Assembly (NCBI GenBank): GCA_010909165.1 | Contig: VJWM01000025.1 | Location: forward strand, 186,001 to 250,000 | From: Anthoceros angustus | Lineage: Eukaryota > Plantae > Anthocerotophyta | Reading direction: 5' to 3' | DNA: 64,000 bases | Shown: positions 36,712 to 47,880 of the stretch, in pieces | Layout: every line of letters starts with the position of its first letter | Numbering within the stretch: the stretch's first letter is position 1 | The notes under the pieces: generated by a model | Database searches by the model: none | Seen by the model: the letters and a program-made list of their open reading frames with translations, nothing else | Told to the model about the DNA's origin: nothing | Translations under genes and position numbers: made by a program

Positions 36712-38617
36712 GTGCTAGTATTGAGAACATCGATGGTTATCTAGCATTTCCTTCTACTTGGCAGCGGGTGCTATGGGTGCTGCAGAAGTTGCAGGTGGTG
36801 GAGTGTTGCCGGATTGAAGATGAAGAAGGAGGCATGAAGATTGTTCTGTTTGTCAAATTTCTCCTTTGTTATGTAGCTATTGCGCTTAGTTTTGTTTCTT
36901 CGGTGTTTGTCCTGTGGCTGGGACACCAATAAACACTAACTCTCCTAATCCTCCTCCCTCTTAATGGGATATCCGATATAAAGCTCCCTTCACTATAGGG
37001 ACATTAAATAGAGGACTTATATTGGCTTCAATATTTTGGATCAAATTTTTTTTTCGTGAAAAAGAGTTTACTAATTAATAAGTTACAGCAATTTGTTGTA
37101 AGCTGATTACAAAAGGCCTACATTAAGTTTCCATTAATCAAAGAACCCAGGTTTAGAAAGGAAATCTTCCTCCCTCCCTCTCTCTGGTGCATCATGAGCC
37201 AACTTGATCAATTTATCTTCAATGCTCCTCAATGGATGTAGGAGCACATCGACATGGACACAGTTATAAATCCATCGTCTTGTACTTGCCTTGAGGAGAC
37301 CACTAATGTCACACAGGGTTCGTGAAGCATCCGCCTGATGGATGATTGAGGTGAAAGAGATTTGCCTATGGTGGACAAATAATATGGCATGCCTGACCGC
37401 TTGGATAAGAACAAGAGCATTTGCCACAGGCAATCCCGACTGGGGGTAATCTGAACCAGCTGACATAAAACCTAGGTGAACTTATCCAAGCTCAAGTGCC
37501 CATCGCCCTACACCGAGAATCACGAGGCTTTGTGCAAGGATTTCTCTAGGTTCGTCACACCCTGTGCCAAAGCTTACAACAATTGCAAGAATGGGGTTGG
37601 TCTCCCCCTTTCTAGTATTCTGACTTTCTTCATAGCGGCGAAGTGTGTATAGGATGACGGCAAGTGCTAGTATTGAGAACATCGATGGTTATCTAGCATT
37701 TCCTTCTACTTGGCAATTGCTATGGGTGCTGCAGAAGTTGCAGGTGGTGGAGTGTTGCCGGATTGAAGATGAAGAAGGAGGCATGAAGATTGTTCTGTTT
37801 GTCAAATTTCTCCTTTGTTATGTAGCTATTGCGCTTAGTTTTGTTTCTTCGGTGTTTGTCCTGTGGCTGGGACACCAATAAACACTAACTCTCCTAATCC
37901 TCCTCCCTCTTAATGGGATATCCGATATAAAGCTCCCTTCACTATAGGGACATTAAATAGAGGACTTATATTGGCTTCAATATTTTGGATCAAATTTTTT
38001 TTTCGTGAAAAAGAGTTTACTAATTAATAAGTTACAGCAATTTGTTGTAAGCTGATTACAAAAGGCCTACATTAAGTTTCCATTAATCAAAGAACCCAGG
38101 TTTAGAAAGGAAATCTTCCTCCCTCCCTCTCTCTGGTGCATCATGAGCCAACTTGATCAATTTATCTTCAATGCTCCTCAATGGATGTAGGAGCACATCG
38201 ACATGACGATTAAATCCATCGTCTTGTACTTGCCTTGAGGAGACCACTAATGTCACACAGGGTTCGTGAAGCATCCGCCTGATGGATGATTGAGGTGAAA
38301 GAGATTTGCCTATGGTGGACAAATAATATGGCATGCCTGACCGCTTGGATAAGAACAAGAGCATTTGCCACAGGCAATCCCGGTAAGAATGTGAACGGTG
38401 ACATAAAACCTAGGTGAACTTATCCAAGCTCAAGTGCCCATCGCCCTACACCGAGAATCACGAGGCTTTGTGCAAGGATTTCTCTAGGTTCGTCACACCC
38501 TGTGCCAAAGCTTACAACAATTGCAAGAATGGGGTTGGTCTCCCCCTTTCTAGTATTCTGACTTTCTTCTGCAAAGGGCGTAGCGAACGCGGTGTATAGG
38601 ATGACGGCAAGTGCTAG
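36712..38617. repeat. Two tandem copies of a ~952-bp unit (36712-37663, 37664-38617)
   Basis: Near-identical copies, each beginning GTGCTAGTATTGAGAACATCGATGG, with GTGCTAG recurring at 38611. Each contains a minus-strand orphan peptide ending RSIEDKLIKLAHDAPERGREEDFLSKPGFFD*. Confidence 0.9.
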
Positions 38618-39256
38618 GTAGTTTCAAGATGAGCGATTACTACCCTTGGCATGGTGTCCTTAGGTAGGTTGTTCTCCTTTTTTTTTCTCAAGTAGATGAC
38701 ATTTAGGTTTTTCTTTTCTCCTCAGGGTAGATGAGATTTCCCATTGATTTTTTTACATAAGTCTCCACGTTCCCCCTTTCAAGAATTTAAGCGGGTCTTT
38801 GGTGAGTGTCTGATGCCGGGGGTGACTGGTAGGCATGACTTGACGAGGGAACAGGACTACGCGGTGCGGAAGAGGCCCAGGCGTGAGGTTGGGCATACCT
38901 ACATAGGGCATGGGGATGGGGCCTAACCATGTATGACCATATATCCAGAGTGGATATCCCGTGTCCAAATCGGAGGATGTTTTAACTTCCTTCTACAGGC
39001 ATATGTGATGACGTGGACGTAGCGGACCTACTCTTGGCCTTCGGTTATGGATGCGCAGGTCTGGTAACTGCTCCCCTGTTAGGCTCTGTATGCACATTTC
39101 AACTGTTTTGTTGGGGTGTATTTTTGCGCTGGGTACCGCGTGTAAAACAGTCTGTACTCCCCTCCTGCAGCATGGTGTGTTCACACACAGTACTTTCGCT
39201 GGGCATGTAGCCATTGTCTGTCGTTAGACTCATCTTCGTTTAGCGGTCCCTGAGCT

Positions 39257-42200
39257 ATGGCCACTGTATGGCAACCGGACCCTTTATGGACCCAACAAAT
39301 TGGTGTGTGCACAGGGATCCTGCGAGAATCTCCGGCTCACCTCACCCTGGCAAACGAAGGCTCCAGGTGCAGCAGCGTAAGGAGCCCAGCACTTCCACTT
39401 TTGGCAGAATGTGTGGGTGGGGACGGTTTCTCCAGCGATGGCCGTCGCCAGGAGCAGGAGAACTTGTGGCAACAATTTTTTCTGGACCCTACCTTGTGGT
39501 GGGACAACAGACGAGATAAGAACAGCTCCCGTTCGCCTGACTTCCGGCGTAAGGGGTCCGGCGAGGTCCTTTGGTTAAACAGCATGCTCAAGCCAGCTTG
39601 GGTCGATGAGCAGCTCCTTTATTTGGATATGCAGATGGGTCATGATCCGCCTCCTTCCAAGCCGAGCTCTCTGGATAAGCCTGAACCTGGCAGGCGTGCA
39701 GTGTCGGAAATAAGCGTCGTAACGCTGGAACCGTGAGCATGTTATGTCAGCAGGGAAGCTTTCTGAGGCCGTTGGAGCCCTGGAATCTCTGGCGCAGACA
39801 GACTCTGCCATTTCCCAGTCTCTGTTTTACACTGTGCTAAAACTGTGTACAGCTAAGAAGGATTTGGTTGTGGGGCGACGAGTTCATGATCTCACTGTCA
39901 AACTTGGGTACGAGTCGAATGCATACTTGGGGAACCATATCTTGCGCATGTATGCATGTGGAGGTAGGCTGCAGGAGGCCATGGATGTGTTCACCAGGGT
40001 GGCAAACCAGATGCCTTCATGTGGTTTTCCATAATATCTGCACATGCCAAGCAGGGGAAACCTAATGAGGCCATACAACTGTACCATGAGATGCGTAGGT
40101 CAGGAGTGAAGGCGGATGCTCACGTCTTTGCAGCTGCCCTTCAAGCTTGTGCATTTGCGCCGACTTGGAATCTGGCAGAAAAGTGCACTGTGATGTGTGC
40201 ACAGTGGCATTCCTCTGACTTGTTTGTTGGCAACTGCCTGGTGGACATGTATGCAAAATGTGAACTGAAGATGCACGCCAGGTTTTTGACAGCTTGGCCA
40301 CAAAGGATGTGGTGACATGGACGCCTGATTGCTGGGTATGCCCAGCAAGGCTTGGACGAGGCGCTTGTTGTATATGGACAAATGGAGCAGGAGGGCCTGA
40401 TGGCTAACCATGTTACTTTTGCTTGCCTTCTGAAGGCCTGTGCACACTGGTGCCTTAGAAGGGCAGGCAGCTGCACTCACAGATTGTGAAGAGGACTGCT
40501 ACAATATATTGGTGGGCAACTGCCTGGTGGACATGTATGCAAAATGTGGTGAACTGAAGATGCACGCCAGGTTTTTGACAGCTTGGCCACAAAGGATGTG
40601 GTGACATGGAATGCCCTGATGCTGGGTATGCAGCAAGGACTTGGCCAAGAGGCGCTTGTTCTGTATGGACAAATGGAGCAGGAGGCCTCATTTTGGCTGA
40701 CCATGTTACTTTTGCCTTCTGAAGGCCTGTGCAAGCACTGGTGCCTTACAGAAGGGCAGGCAGCTGCACTCACAGATTGTGGAAAGAGGACTGCTGGATA
40801 CGTAGTGGTGGGCAACTGCCTGGTGGACATGTATGCAAAATGTGGTGAACTGGAAGATGCACGCCAGGTTTTTGACAGCCACACAAGGATGTGGTGACAT
40901 GGACCCTGATTGCTGGGTATGCACAGCAAGGACTTGGCCAAGAGGCGCTTGTTCTGTATGGACAAATGGAGCAGAGGCCTCATTTTGGCTGACCATGTTA
41001 CTTGCTTGCCTTCTGAAGGCCTGTGCAAGCACTGGTACAGAAGGGCAGGCAGCTGCACTCACAGATTGTGAAGAGGACTGCTGGATAACGGGGGCAACTG
41101 CCTGGTGGACATGTACGCAAAATGCGGTGAAGTAGAAGAAGCACAACAGGTTTTTGACAGCTTGGCCGTAAAGGATGTAGTGACATGGAATGCCCTGATA
41201 GCTGGGTATGCACTGCAAGGACTTGGCCACGAGGCCCTTGTCCTGTATGGACAAATGGAGCAAGAGGGCCTCATTTTGGCTGACCATGTCACTTTTGCTT
41301 GCCTTCTAAAGGCCTGTGCAAGCACTGGTGCCTTACAGATTGGGAGGCAGCTGCATTCACAGATTGTTGCAAGAGGACTTCTGGATGACGTTGTGTTGGG
41401 CGACTGCCTGGTGGACATGTATGCAAAATGTGGTGAACTGGGAGAGGCACGCCAGGTTTTTGACAGCTTGGCCACAAAGGATGTGGTCACGTGGAATGCC
41501 CTGATATCTGGGTATGGAACTTGTGATGATGGTCACAGAGCACTAGCGTGTTTTGAGGAGATGTTAGTTGCCGGTATTCAGCCTGATGGTGCTACTTTCA
41601 CTTGCCTTTTAGTAGCATGCAGTCATGAGGGATTGGTCCAGGAGGGTCGCAAGCACTTTGATTCCATGGCTGATCAGCATGGCATCAAGCCCACAATTGA
41701 GCATTACAATTGCATGATTGATCTTCTTGGGCGTGCCGGCCATCTAGATGAGGCAGAGAAGATGCTATCATCATGTGAAGGCCAAAGTAATATTGTGGGC
41801 TTGACATCTTTGTTGAATGCTTGCAAAAGTCATGGCAATATAGAAAGGGCAGTATGGTGTTTTGAAAGCATTGTTAAGCTGGACCCTCAATGGGCATCTG
41901 CGTACGTGCTCATGGCCAATGCCTACGCAAATGCAGGAAGGTGGAGCGATGTAGACAGGATTGAAACACAGAGAATGGTAGCAGGAGCTATCAAGAAACC
42001 TGCAGTGGCAAGCATTGAGGTGAATAAGCAAGTACACAGATTTCTGGTGGGAGAAAGAAGAGAGGATATTGCACTTCAGGTAGAGAGCACGAATGCACGT
42101 CTGAAGCAGGAAGGAGGACACGTACCTCACACAAAATTAGTGCTGAAGCCAGTGTGTGAGAAGGAAAAGGAAGATATGCTTTGTGGGCATGCTGAGAAGC

Positions 42201-42397
42201 TAGCTCTGGCGTTTGGTCTCTTAAACACCCCGAGTGGCACGCCCCTTGTGGTAACGAAGAATCTACGCATGTGCAGTGACTGCCACAGTTCCACGGAGAT
42301 CATGTCAAGGCTTGAACAGAGAGACATTGTTGTAAGGGATGGGTACCGTGTGCATCGATTCGCAAATGGTTGTTGCAGTTGCAATGATAGGCCATGA
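39257..42397 (+). CDS. PLS-class PPR protein with N-terminal PDF motif and DYW:KP domain ending DRP, unit C
   Basis: MATVWQPDPLW... then [38 protein letters not shown]. Five DMYAKC repeats. Intact 430-aa C-terminal frame (41105-42397) with E1/E2, KKPAVASIEV, GHAEKLA, CSDCH and GCCSCNDRP*. Frameshifts in the 5' half may be assembly errors. Confidence 0.92.
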
Positions 42398-42822
42398 GAA
42401 AAATAAACTTGCCGGTGCCAAACGCCGGAGAATATTGTTTTTTTCTTGGGGGTGAATATTATTGGTTTATCTGGATTTCTCTCCAAACGGAGACTTGGAC
42501 AGAGGTCGCCGACGCTGATCCTCCTCTTATCAGAAGGAAGACGATCAGATTGGAATGAGTCTACTGACTACTCCCGGACATGAGGCTGTCATTTTGACCG
42601 GCTTTCTCCCAATCTCCGGGACCGGCTACCTTCATGACCCGCGATTTTCAAACGGACAGGGATGGGTGTTTTTCAAGACTTTTAATATTATTTATATTAA
42701 ATAATAATTCACTTAGAAGGTTATATATATATATATGTGTATATACACATATATATTTAATAGTCTTACTTATACGGACTTTAATATGGCCTGGTCCGGG
42801 GCTGAGAGATCGACGCCGGAAC

Positions 42823-42897
42823 GGAGTCAAAAGGACACCTTGCTAGAGGAGTCAAAAGGACACCTTGCTAGAGGAGTCAAAAGGACACCTTGCTAGA
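42823..42897. repeat. Perfect 25-bp minisatellite x3 (GGAGTCAAAAGGACACCTTGCTAGA)
   Basis: Exact copies at 42823, 42848 and 42873. Confidence 0.95.
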
Positions 42898-42915
42898 GGG
42901 TACGAACGTAATTAG

Positions 42916-43006
42916 GAGATGACTGCAAGTGTGAATTACGAGATGACTGCAAGTGTGAATTACGAGATGACTGCAAGTGTGAATTACGAGATGACTGCAA
43001 GTGTGA
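42916..43006. repeat. Perfect 24-bp minisatellite x~3.8 (GAGATGACTGCAAGTGTGAATTAC)
   Basis: Copies at 42916, 42940 and 42964, with a partial copy at 42988. Confidence 0.95.
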
Positions 43007-43720
43007 CGGAGCCATTATGAAGTGGATTCATGGGAAGATACTCAATGGTGGGCTAAGGATGCACATTTATGAGTATATAAGACAATATTAAGTAATAATT
43101 TCATTATGATATTGATGTTTTTATCCATATTTTGTATCTTCTGTTTTACAACGATAATTCAAGATCTTTTTATAGATATATCAAAGTATGTATTACATCG
43201 AAGTCCCACACCGAAAATAAGATATGGAGTAATCCCATAGGGCACTAACAACTGACATAATATTATAACAAGTAGCCCCGTAAGGACCGTGGGAGACGGG
43301 TGCCACCTCGTTTCAGCATTGATCTGTCCTAAGGACGATGAACTTATGTCCGGGTGTCACTCCTTGCAGGGAGGTCTGGAAGCTTTTCAATTTAGGTTAA
43401 AGGTGAAGCAAATGTATAATTATAAATTTATTGTAATAGAATATAATAAGTTAGCTAATAGTTGGTAATTAGTATGCTCATGGTTTCATGGCTATTCATT
43501 GGTCTGCGACTAGGGTCCGGAGAATATAGAGATAGAGAATTTCAAGAGAATAGAGAATCTTACGAAGATAAAACTTCATAGATTTAATAAAGATGAAGTT
43601 AATGAAATAGAATATCTACCTCACATACACTAATATATAAATTGCAATAAAAATATAATCTAAATACAAATACTAACTATAAGATAAAAAAATATATTGA
43701 TAAAACTCATGGCAATTTCA

Positions 43721-44944
43721 CTATTCTCCAGTGAGCTTGTTTGCGAAGGCTGGCGGCAGGCTGGTATGCACATTCCAGGATGGCACAGGCACGGAGTCGT
43801 CGTCTTGTTGAGGAGCGAAGCCCATGGCCTGGTCCATCTGCTTGACGGTCTTGACGGCGGCCAGTGTAGGAGACGCATCCACTCCCTCTCTCCCTTCATC
43901 GTACAGATCGAACCACGGCAAACCGTAAGACGCATACGTCTTGGCCGACACTGGCGATTCCGGAGGAGCCTCTCCCGTGATGTCCCGCCACATGGCTGAG
44001 TTGCACAGATGCACGAAAACCCTGGCGTATGTGGATTGATCCCACACCTGCAACCCGTGCGTGTCAGCGTATATCTCCTGCCGCATGCTGCCTCCCGCTC
44101 CCAGCCCCATTTCCATGCCGCCTGCCTTCATTAAGACCTCTTCTCCTGAACGTTCTTCTACGGCTCCTGAACACTTGCGTGGCGCAAAACTCTCTTCTGC
44201 CGAATAGTCGAATGCAACTTCCAGCGGTGGACCACAAGACTCTCCTCCCGGTGCAGAGACGCAGAATGCGGATGGTGCCGCTATAGCTTCAGCAGCTGCG
44301 GTGTGGTAGCAGAATTTGGGAGGCGTACTCGTGTGGCCTCCGTCGGCTTCATACCTAGGCGGAGGAGAGGGATGGTCCGGGAACACTCCAGCCTTGGGCT
44401 CGAAGACGCAGATCTGGAGGCCGCCGTGTTTCTCCTGGCCAGTCACCTGGCCTTCAACAGTGTACCCCATCCCTAGCGGCATAGCGATGAACTGGCTGAT
44501 GGTGTCTTTGCCGGAGTTGATGCCATCCAGCCAGGGCTGCGAGGGGAGCACCAGGTAGTCCTGCGGCTCCGGATCCCCGTGCAGCTCCTCCGACCACGGC
44601 TTCCCCGTGAGCGCGCACACCTTTCCTACAGCCAGTTTCATGGCGTTAGGCTTCCAGGGCCTGCCGCCGAATCGGAGCCACATGGCCTCCCGTTGGAACA
44701 TTGGGAGGAACACCCCGCCATGCCTGCGCCAGCTCCTCGGCACCTTGTCGGCGTAATCCGCCACTCTCCGGATGGGGTAGTAGCCCAGGCCTGGCGGGAG
44801 GGGGTACGTGTTGTTGTCATCGGGGACTCGTAAGGTCCGGTTGAAGTGGATGGTCACTCCTTCCCCGATCCGCAGCGTGTCGCCGTTCTCCACCTCCACT
44901 CCCAGATCCGTCCTGCCTTTGCCCTCGCTGTTTGACTCGGCCAT
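43721..44944 (-). CDS. Intronless 407-aa protein of an uncharacterised bacterial/fungal-type family
   Basis: Uninterrupted ORF with motifs FNRTLRVPDD..YPLPPGLG, PMFQREAMWLRF, QDYLVLPSQPWLDG..QFIAMPLGMGYTVEGQVTG.EKHGGLQ, MGLGAGGSMRQEIY.D and YGLPWFDLYDE. I recall these from hypothetical proteins of soil bacteria and filamentous fungi (not database-checked). Confidence 0.8.
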   Translation of the reverse strand: MAESNSEGKGRTDLGVEVENGDTLRIGEGVTIHFNRTLRVPDDNNTYPLPPGLGYYPIRRVADYADKVPRSWRRHGGVFLPMFQREAMWLRFGGRPWKPNAMKLAVGKVCALTGKPWSEELHGDPEPQDYLVLPSQPWLDGINSGKDTISQFIAMPLGMGYTVEGQVTGQEKHGGLQICVFEPKAGVFPDHPSPPPRYEADGGHTSTPPKFCYHTAAAEAIAAPSAFCVSAPGGESCGPPLEVAFDYSAEESFAPRKCSGAVEERSGEEVLMKAGGMEMGLGAGGSMRQEIYADTHGLQVWDQSTYARVFVHLCNSAMWRDITGEAPPESPVSAKTYASYGLPWFDLYDEGREGVDASPTLAAVKTVKQMDQAMGFAPQQDDDSVPVPSWNVHTSLPPAFANKLTGE

Positions 44945-45199
44945 GCTCTGCTCAGATGCAACGGAAGCTAAGCTCGCACACTGCGTCGTTAACAGGTTTT
45001 TATGGCCTTTGTTTGGTGGATGGAGTAGGCCTTACTCCAAGATTGCGCGTCGATCTGCTTAGTTGCTACGGGAGAGAAGCTCATGCTCGGTGCACGAAGT
45101 TGGTTTCGCACCTTTCTTTTTCTGGTGGATGGAGTAGACCTGATTCCGTAAAAGCGCGTGAGTCCAGTGCATCCCTTCAGGTATCGAGGCAGTGAGTGT

Positions 45200-46601
45200 A
45201 CAGAGCATTTCGTGTGGTGGCTTCATTGGAGCCCGCAGTGCTTCCACAGGCCTTCAGAAGGCAAGCATTAATAACGCCGTCAGGCAGGGTGGGGCTTTCC
45301 TGCTCCAACTGCCCGTACAGAAGAAGCGCCTCTTGGCCAAGGTCCTTGCTGTGCATACCCAGAAATCAGGGCATTCCACGTCACCACATCTTTTGTAGCC
45401 AAGCTGTCAAAAACCTGGCGTGCATCTTTCAGTTCACCACAATTTGCATACATGTCGACCACGCAGTTGGCCACCAGTGTGTGCTCCAGCAGTCCTCTTT
45501 CCACAATCTGTGAGTGCAGCTGCCTGCCCTTCTGTAAGGCACCACTGCTTCCACAGGCCTCCAGAAGGCAAGCGAAGGCGACATGGTTAGCCAAAATGAG
45601 GCCTTGTTCCATTTGTCCATACGGAACAAGCGCCTCTTGGCCGAGTCCTTGCTGTGCATACCCAGCAATCAGGGCATACCATGTCACCACATCCTTTGTG
45701 GCCAAGCTTTCAAAAACCCATCGTGCATCTGCCAGTTCACCACATTGTGCATACATGTCCACCAGGCAGGTGCCCACCAGGCGAGGTCCTGTGGCTGAAC
45801 AGCATGTTTAGGCCAGCTTGGGTTAATGAGCACCTCGTTTCCTTGGATATGCACATGGGTCATAGTGCCTCTCCCTCCAAGTTGGAGCCCTGGAATCTCT
45901 GGCGCAGTCGACAGACTCTGCTATTTCTGAGTCTCTGTTTTACACTGTGTTTAAACTGTGTACAGCTAAGAAGGATTTGGTTGTGGGGCGACGAGTTCAT
46001 GATCTCACTGCCAAACTTGGGTACGAGCCGAGTGCATACTTGGGGAACCATATATTGGGCAAGTATGCATGTTGAGGTCATCTTCAGGAGGCCTGTAGTA
46101 AGAGATGCGTAGGTCAAAGGTGAAGGCGAATGGTCACGTCTTTGTAGCTGCCCTTCAGGCTTGCGCATTTGCCGCCGATTTGGAATCTGGCAGGAAAATA
46201 CACTGTGATGTGGTCCACAGTGGCACTCCTATTGACTTGTCTGCTGGCAACCGCCTGGTCGGCATGTGTGCAAAATGTGGCTAAGTGAAAGATGCACGAC
46301 AGGTTTTTGAAAGCATGGCCAATAAGGATGTGGTGACATGGACGGCTCTGATTGCTGGCTATGCACAGCAGGGGCTGGGCCACGAGGCACTTGTTGTGTA
46401 TGAACGAAGGGAACAGGAGGGCCATGTTACTTATGTTTGCCTTCTGAAGGCCTGTGCAAGCGCTGGTGCCTTACAGAAGGGCAGGCAGCTGCACTCACAG
46501 ATTGTTGAAAGAGGATCCCCTTACGCCTGAAGTCAGGCGAACGGCTGCACGAACATCAATTTGTTGGGTCCACAACGGGCCCGGTGTCATGCTGTGGCCA
46601 T
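45200..46601 (-). pseudogene. Rearranged PDF-PPR paralogue (unit D) with an internal inversion and no DYW domain
   Basis: Minus-strand start ATGGCCACAGCATG at 46601 and SPDFRRKGS at about 46515-46545. The continuation [15 protein letters not shown] and PPR repeats lie on the plus strand at 45780-46515. PPR repeats resume on the minus strand at 45780-45200. Confidence 0.8.
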
Positions 46602-46636
46602 GAATCAGGGACCGCTGTCGGAAGATGATTCAGGGC

Positions 46637-47131
46637 AAAACAAAAACGGGGTGGAGCGCAACCAGTATTCACTCAAACGGGCAGGCATTCACAGCTGTGT
46701 GCATGAAGGAGCGGTGAGCGCGTTGCTGTCGCCTGAGAGCAGAGACTTCGCGAGTGGAGAGCGCCATCACTAACCACTGGATTGCATCCTGAACGCCGTC
46801 AAATTGGGCGAGGGGAGCACGAACTTCTCAGCGCTTCTCAGGGTTCTCGCAATTTTGAGGTTTGCACTGCAATGTGGACGAATTGCTGTGTCTCTGGTCG
46901 AATTGCGGAAGCTAAATTGCAGAGAAGGAAGGGCCCTCAGATGTGGCTTGTGTTGAAATGAAGGTCATGGCGATGGGAAGAAGGAGCAAGAAGGATCAGG
47001 GCGACCGGAACCCGGATCCCCCCGAGCCTGTGCAGAAGGTGAAGAAAACGCGCGCGAGCGGCAAAGCAACTAACAGCATTTTACCGGGACAGCGATCGGA
47101 AAATGAGTCCAAGGAGTATGAGTCTAACTGA
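46637..47131 (+). other. Third, diverged copy of the MAMGRRSKKD orphan unit (promoter, 5'UTR and ORF start)
   Basis: Collinear with 23125-23560. ORF MAMGRRSKKDQGDRNPDPPEPVQKVKK at about 46968. Head-to-head with PPR unit D. Confidence 0.6.
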
Positions 47132-47389
47132 GTCCAAGCACGCCACCCTGAAGAGAATAGTGCAGACGCATTTCCTGGGGAGAAACAAAACCACGGTATG
47201 GGGTTCGCACGGTGCCATGGCCAAAGGATGCTGTTGGAACTCATTGGCAACCGGGCTTCGTCACCCTGTCTATGGTGACTAGCTCATGCCGCAGTTTTTG
47301 GACACACACACAGTCTCTGTTAACTGAATCGATCTGGAATGAAGAAATCGATTCTGATTCTCCCTGATGTTATGAGATGCGGATGAGTG

Positions 47390-47593
47390 TCATTAGCCCA
47401 TCCCATGTCCATGTCTCACTTCGGACAGGGATGGAACGATCCCATCCACAACTCTGGTGAACATGGAGCCCACTCCCAAGAGCTGCTCAAGGGCTGCAGC
47501 AGCCTCTTCACAAGGGACCAGGTGCTGGCCAAAAAATTCCGATACCCGTCCTGCTGTGGTGAGCACGCCGACATCCAGACGCAGACGCAGACG

Positions 47594-47657
<64 letters not shown>

Positions 47658-47880
47658 ATTCCTCTCCAAGGGCATCCGTCCCCTGCCAAAGTCTACAGTT
47701 GGCTGGTTTCGGAGTTGAGTTGTTTACTTGTTCTTTCGTTACAGTTGTCAGAGTGGGTCCTTTTTAATGAAGGAGTACATAGGACAGACTGTGGCCATCG
47801 ATCATTCAGGGACCGGTGTGGGATGAGTCTAACAACATCGTTCAGGTACCGCTGTCGGACGATGAGTCTCACAACAGACG
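47390..47880 (-). pseudogene. Collapsed derivative of the PPR unit (unit G): shared 5' leader, ATG and 3' flank, no PPR/DYW body
   Basis: Two copies of the family leader CAGGGACCG..GATGAGTCT at 47805-47880. ATGGCCACAGTCTG at 47798. The CCATGTCCATGTCTCA 3'-flank motif at about 47400 is also found downstream of unit E. Confidence 0.5.
47576..47657. repeat. (GCAGAC)n hexanucleotide microsatellite
   Basis: About 13 units with one 2-nt interruption. Confidence 0.95.

Noticed and set aside
42823-43006. CRISPR-like short repeats
   Set aside because: The repeats are directly adjacent with no unique spacers, there are no cas genes, and the context is eukaryotic.
43270-43305. Helitron-like 3' hairpin (CCCGT...ACGGG)
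   Set aside because: There is no CTRR terminus after the hairpin and no identifiable TC 5' end.
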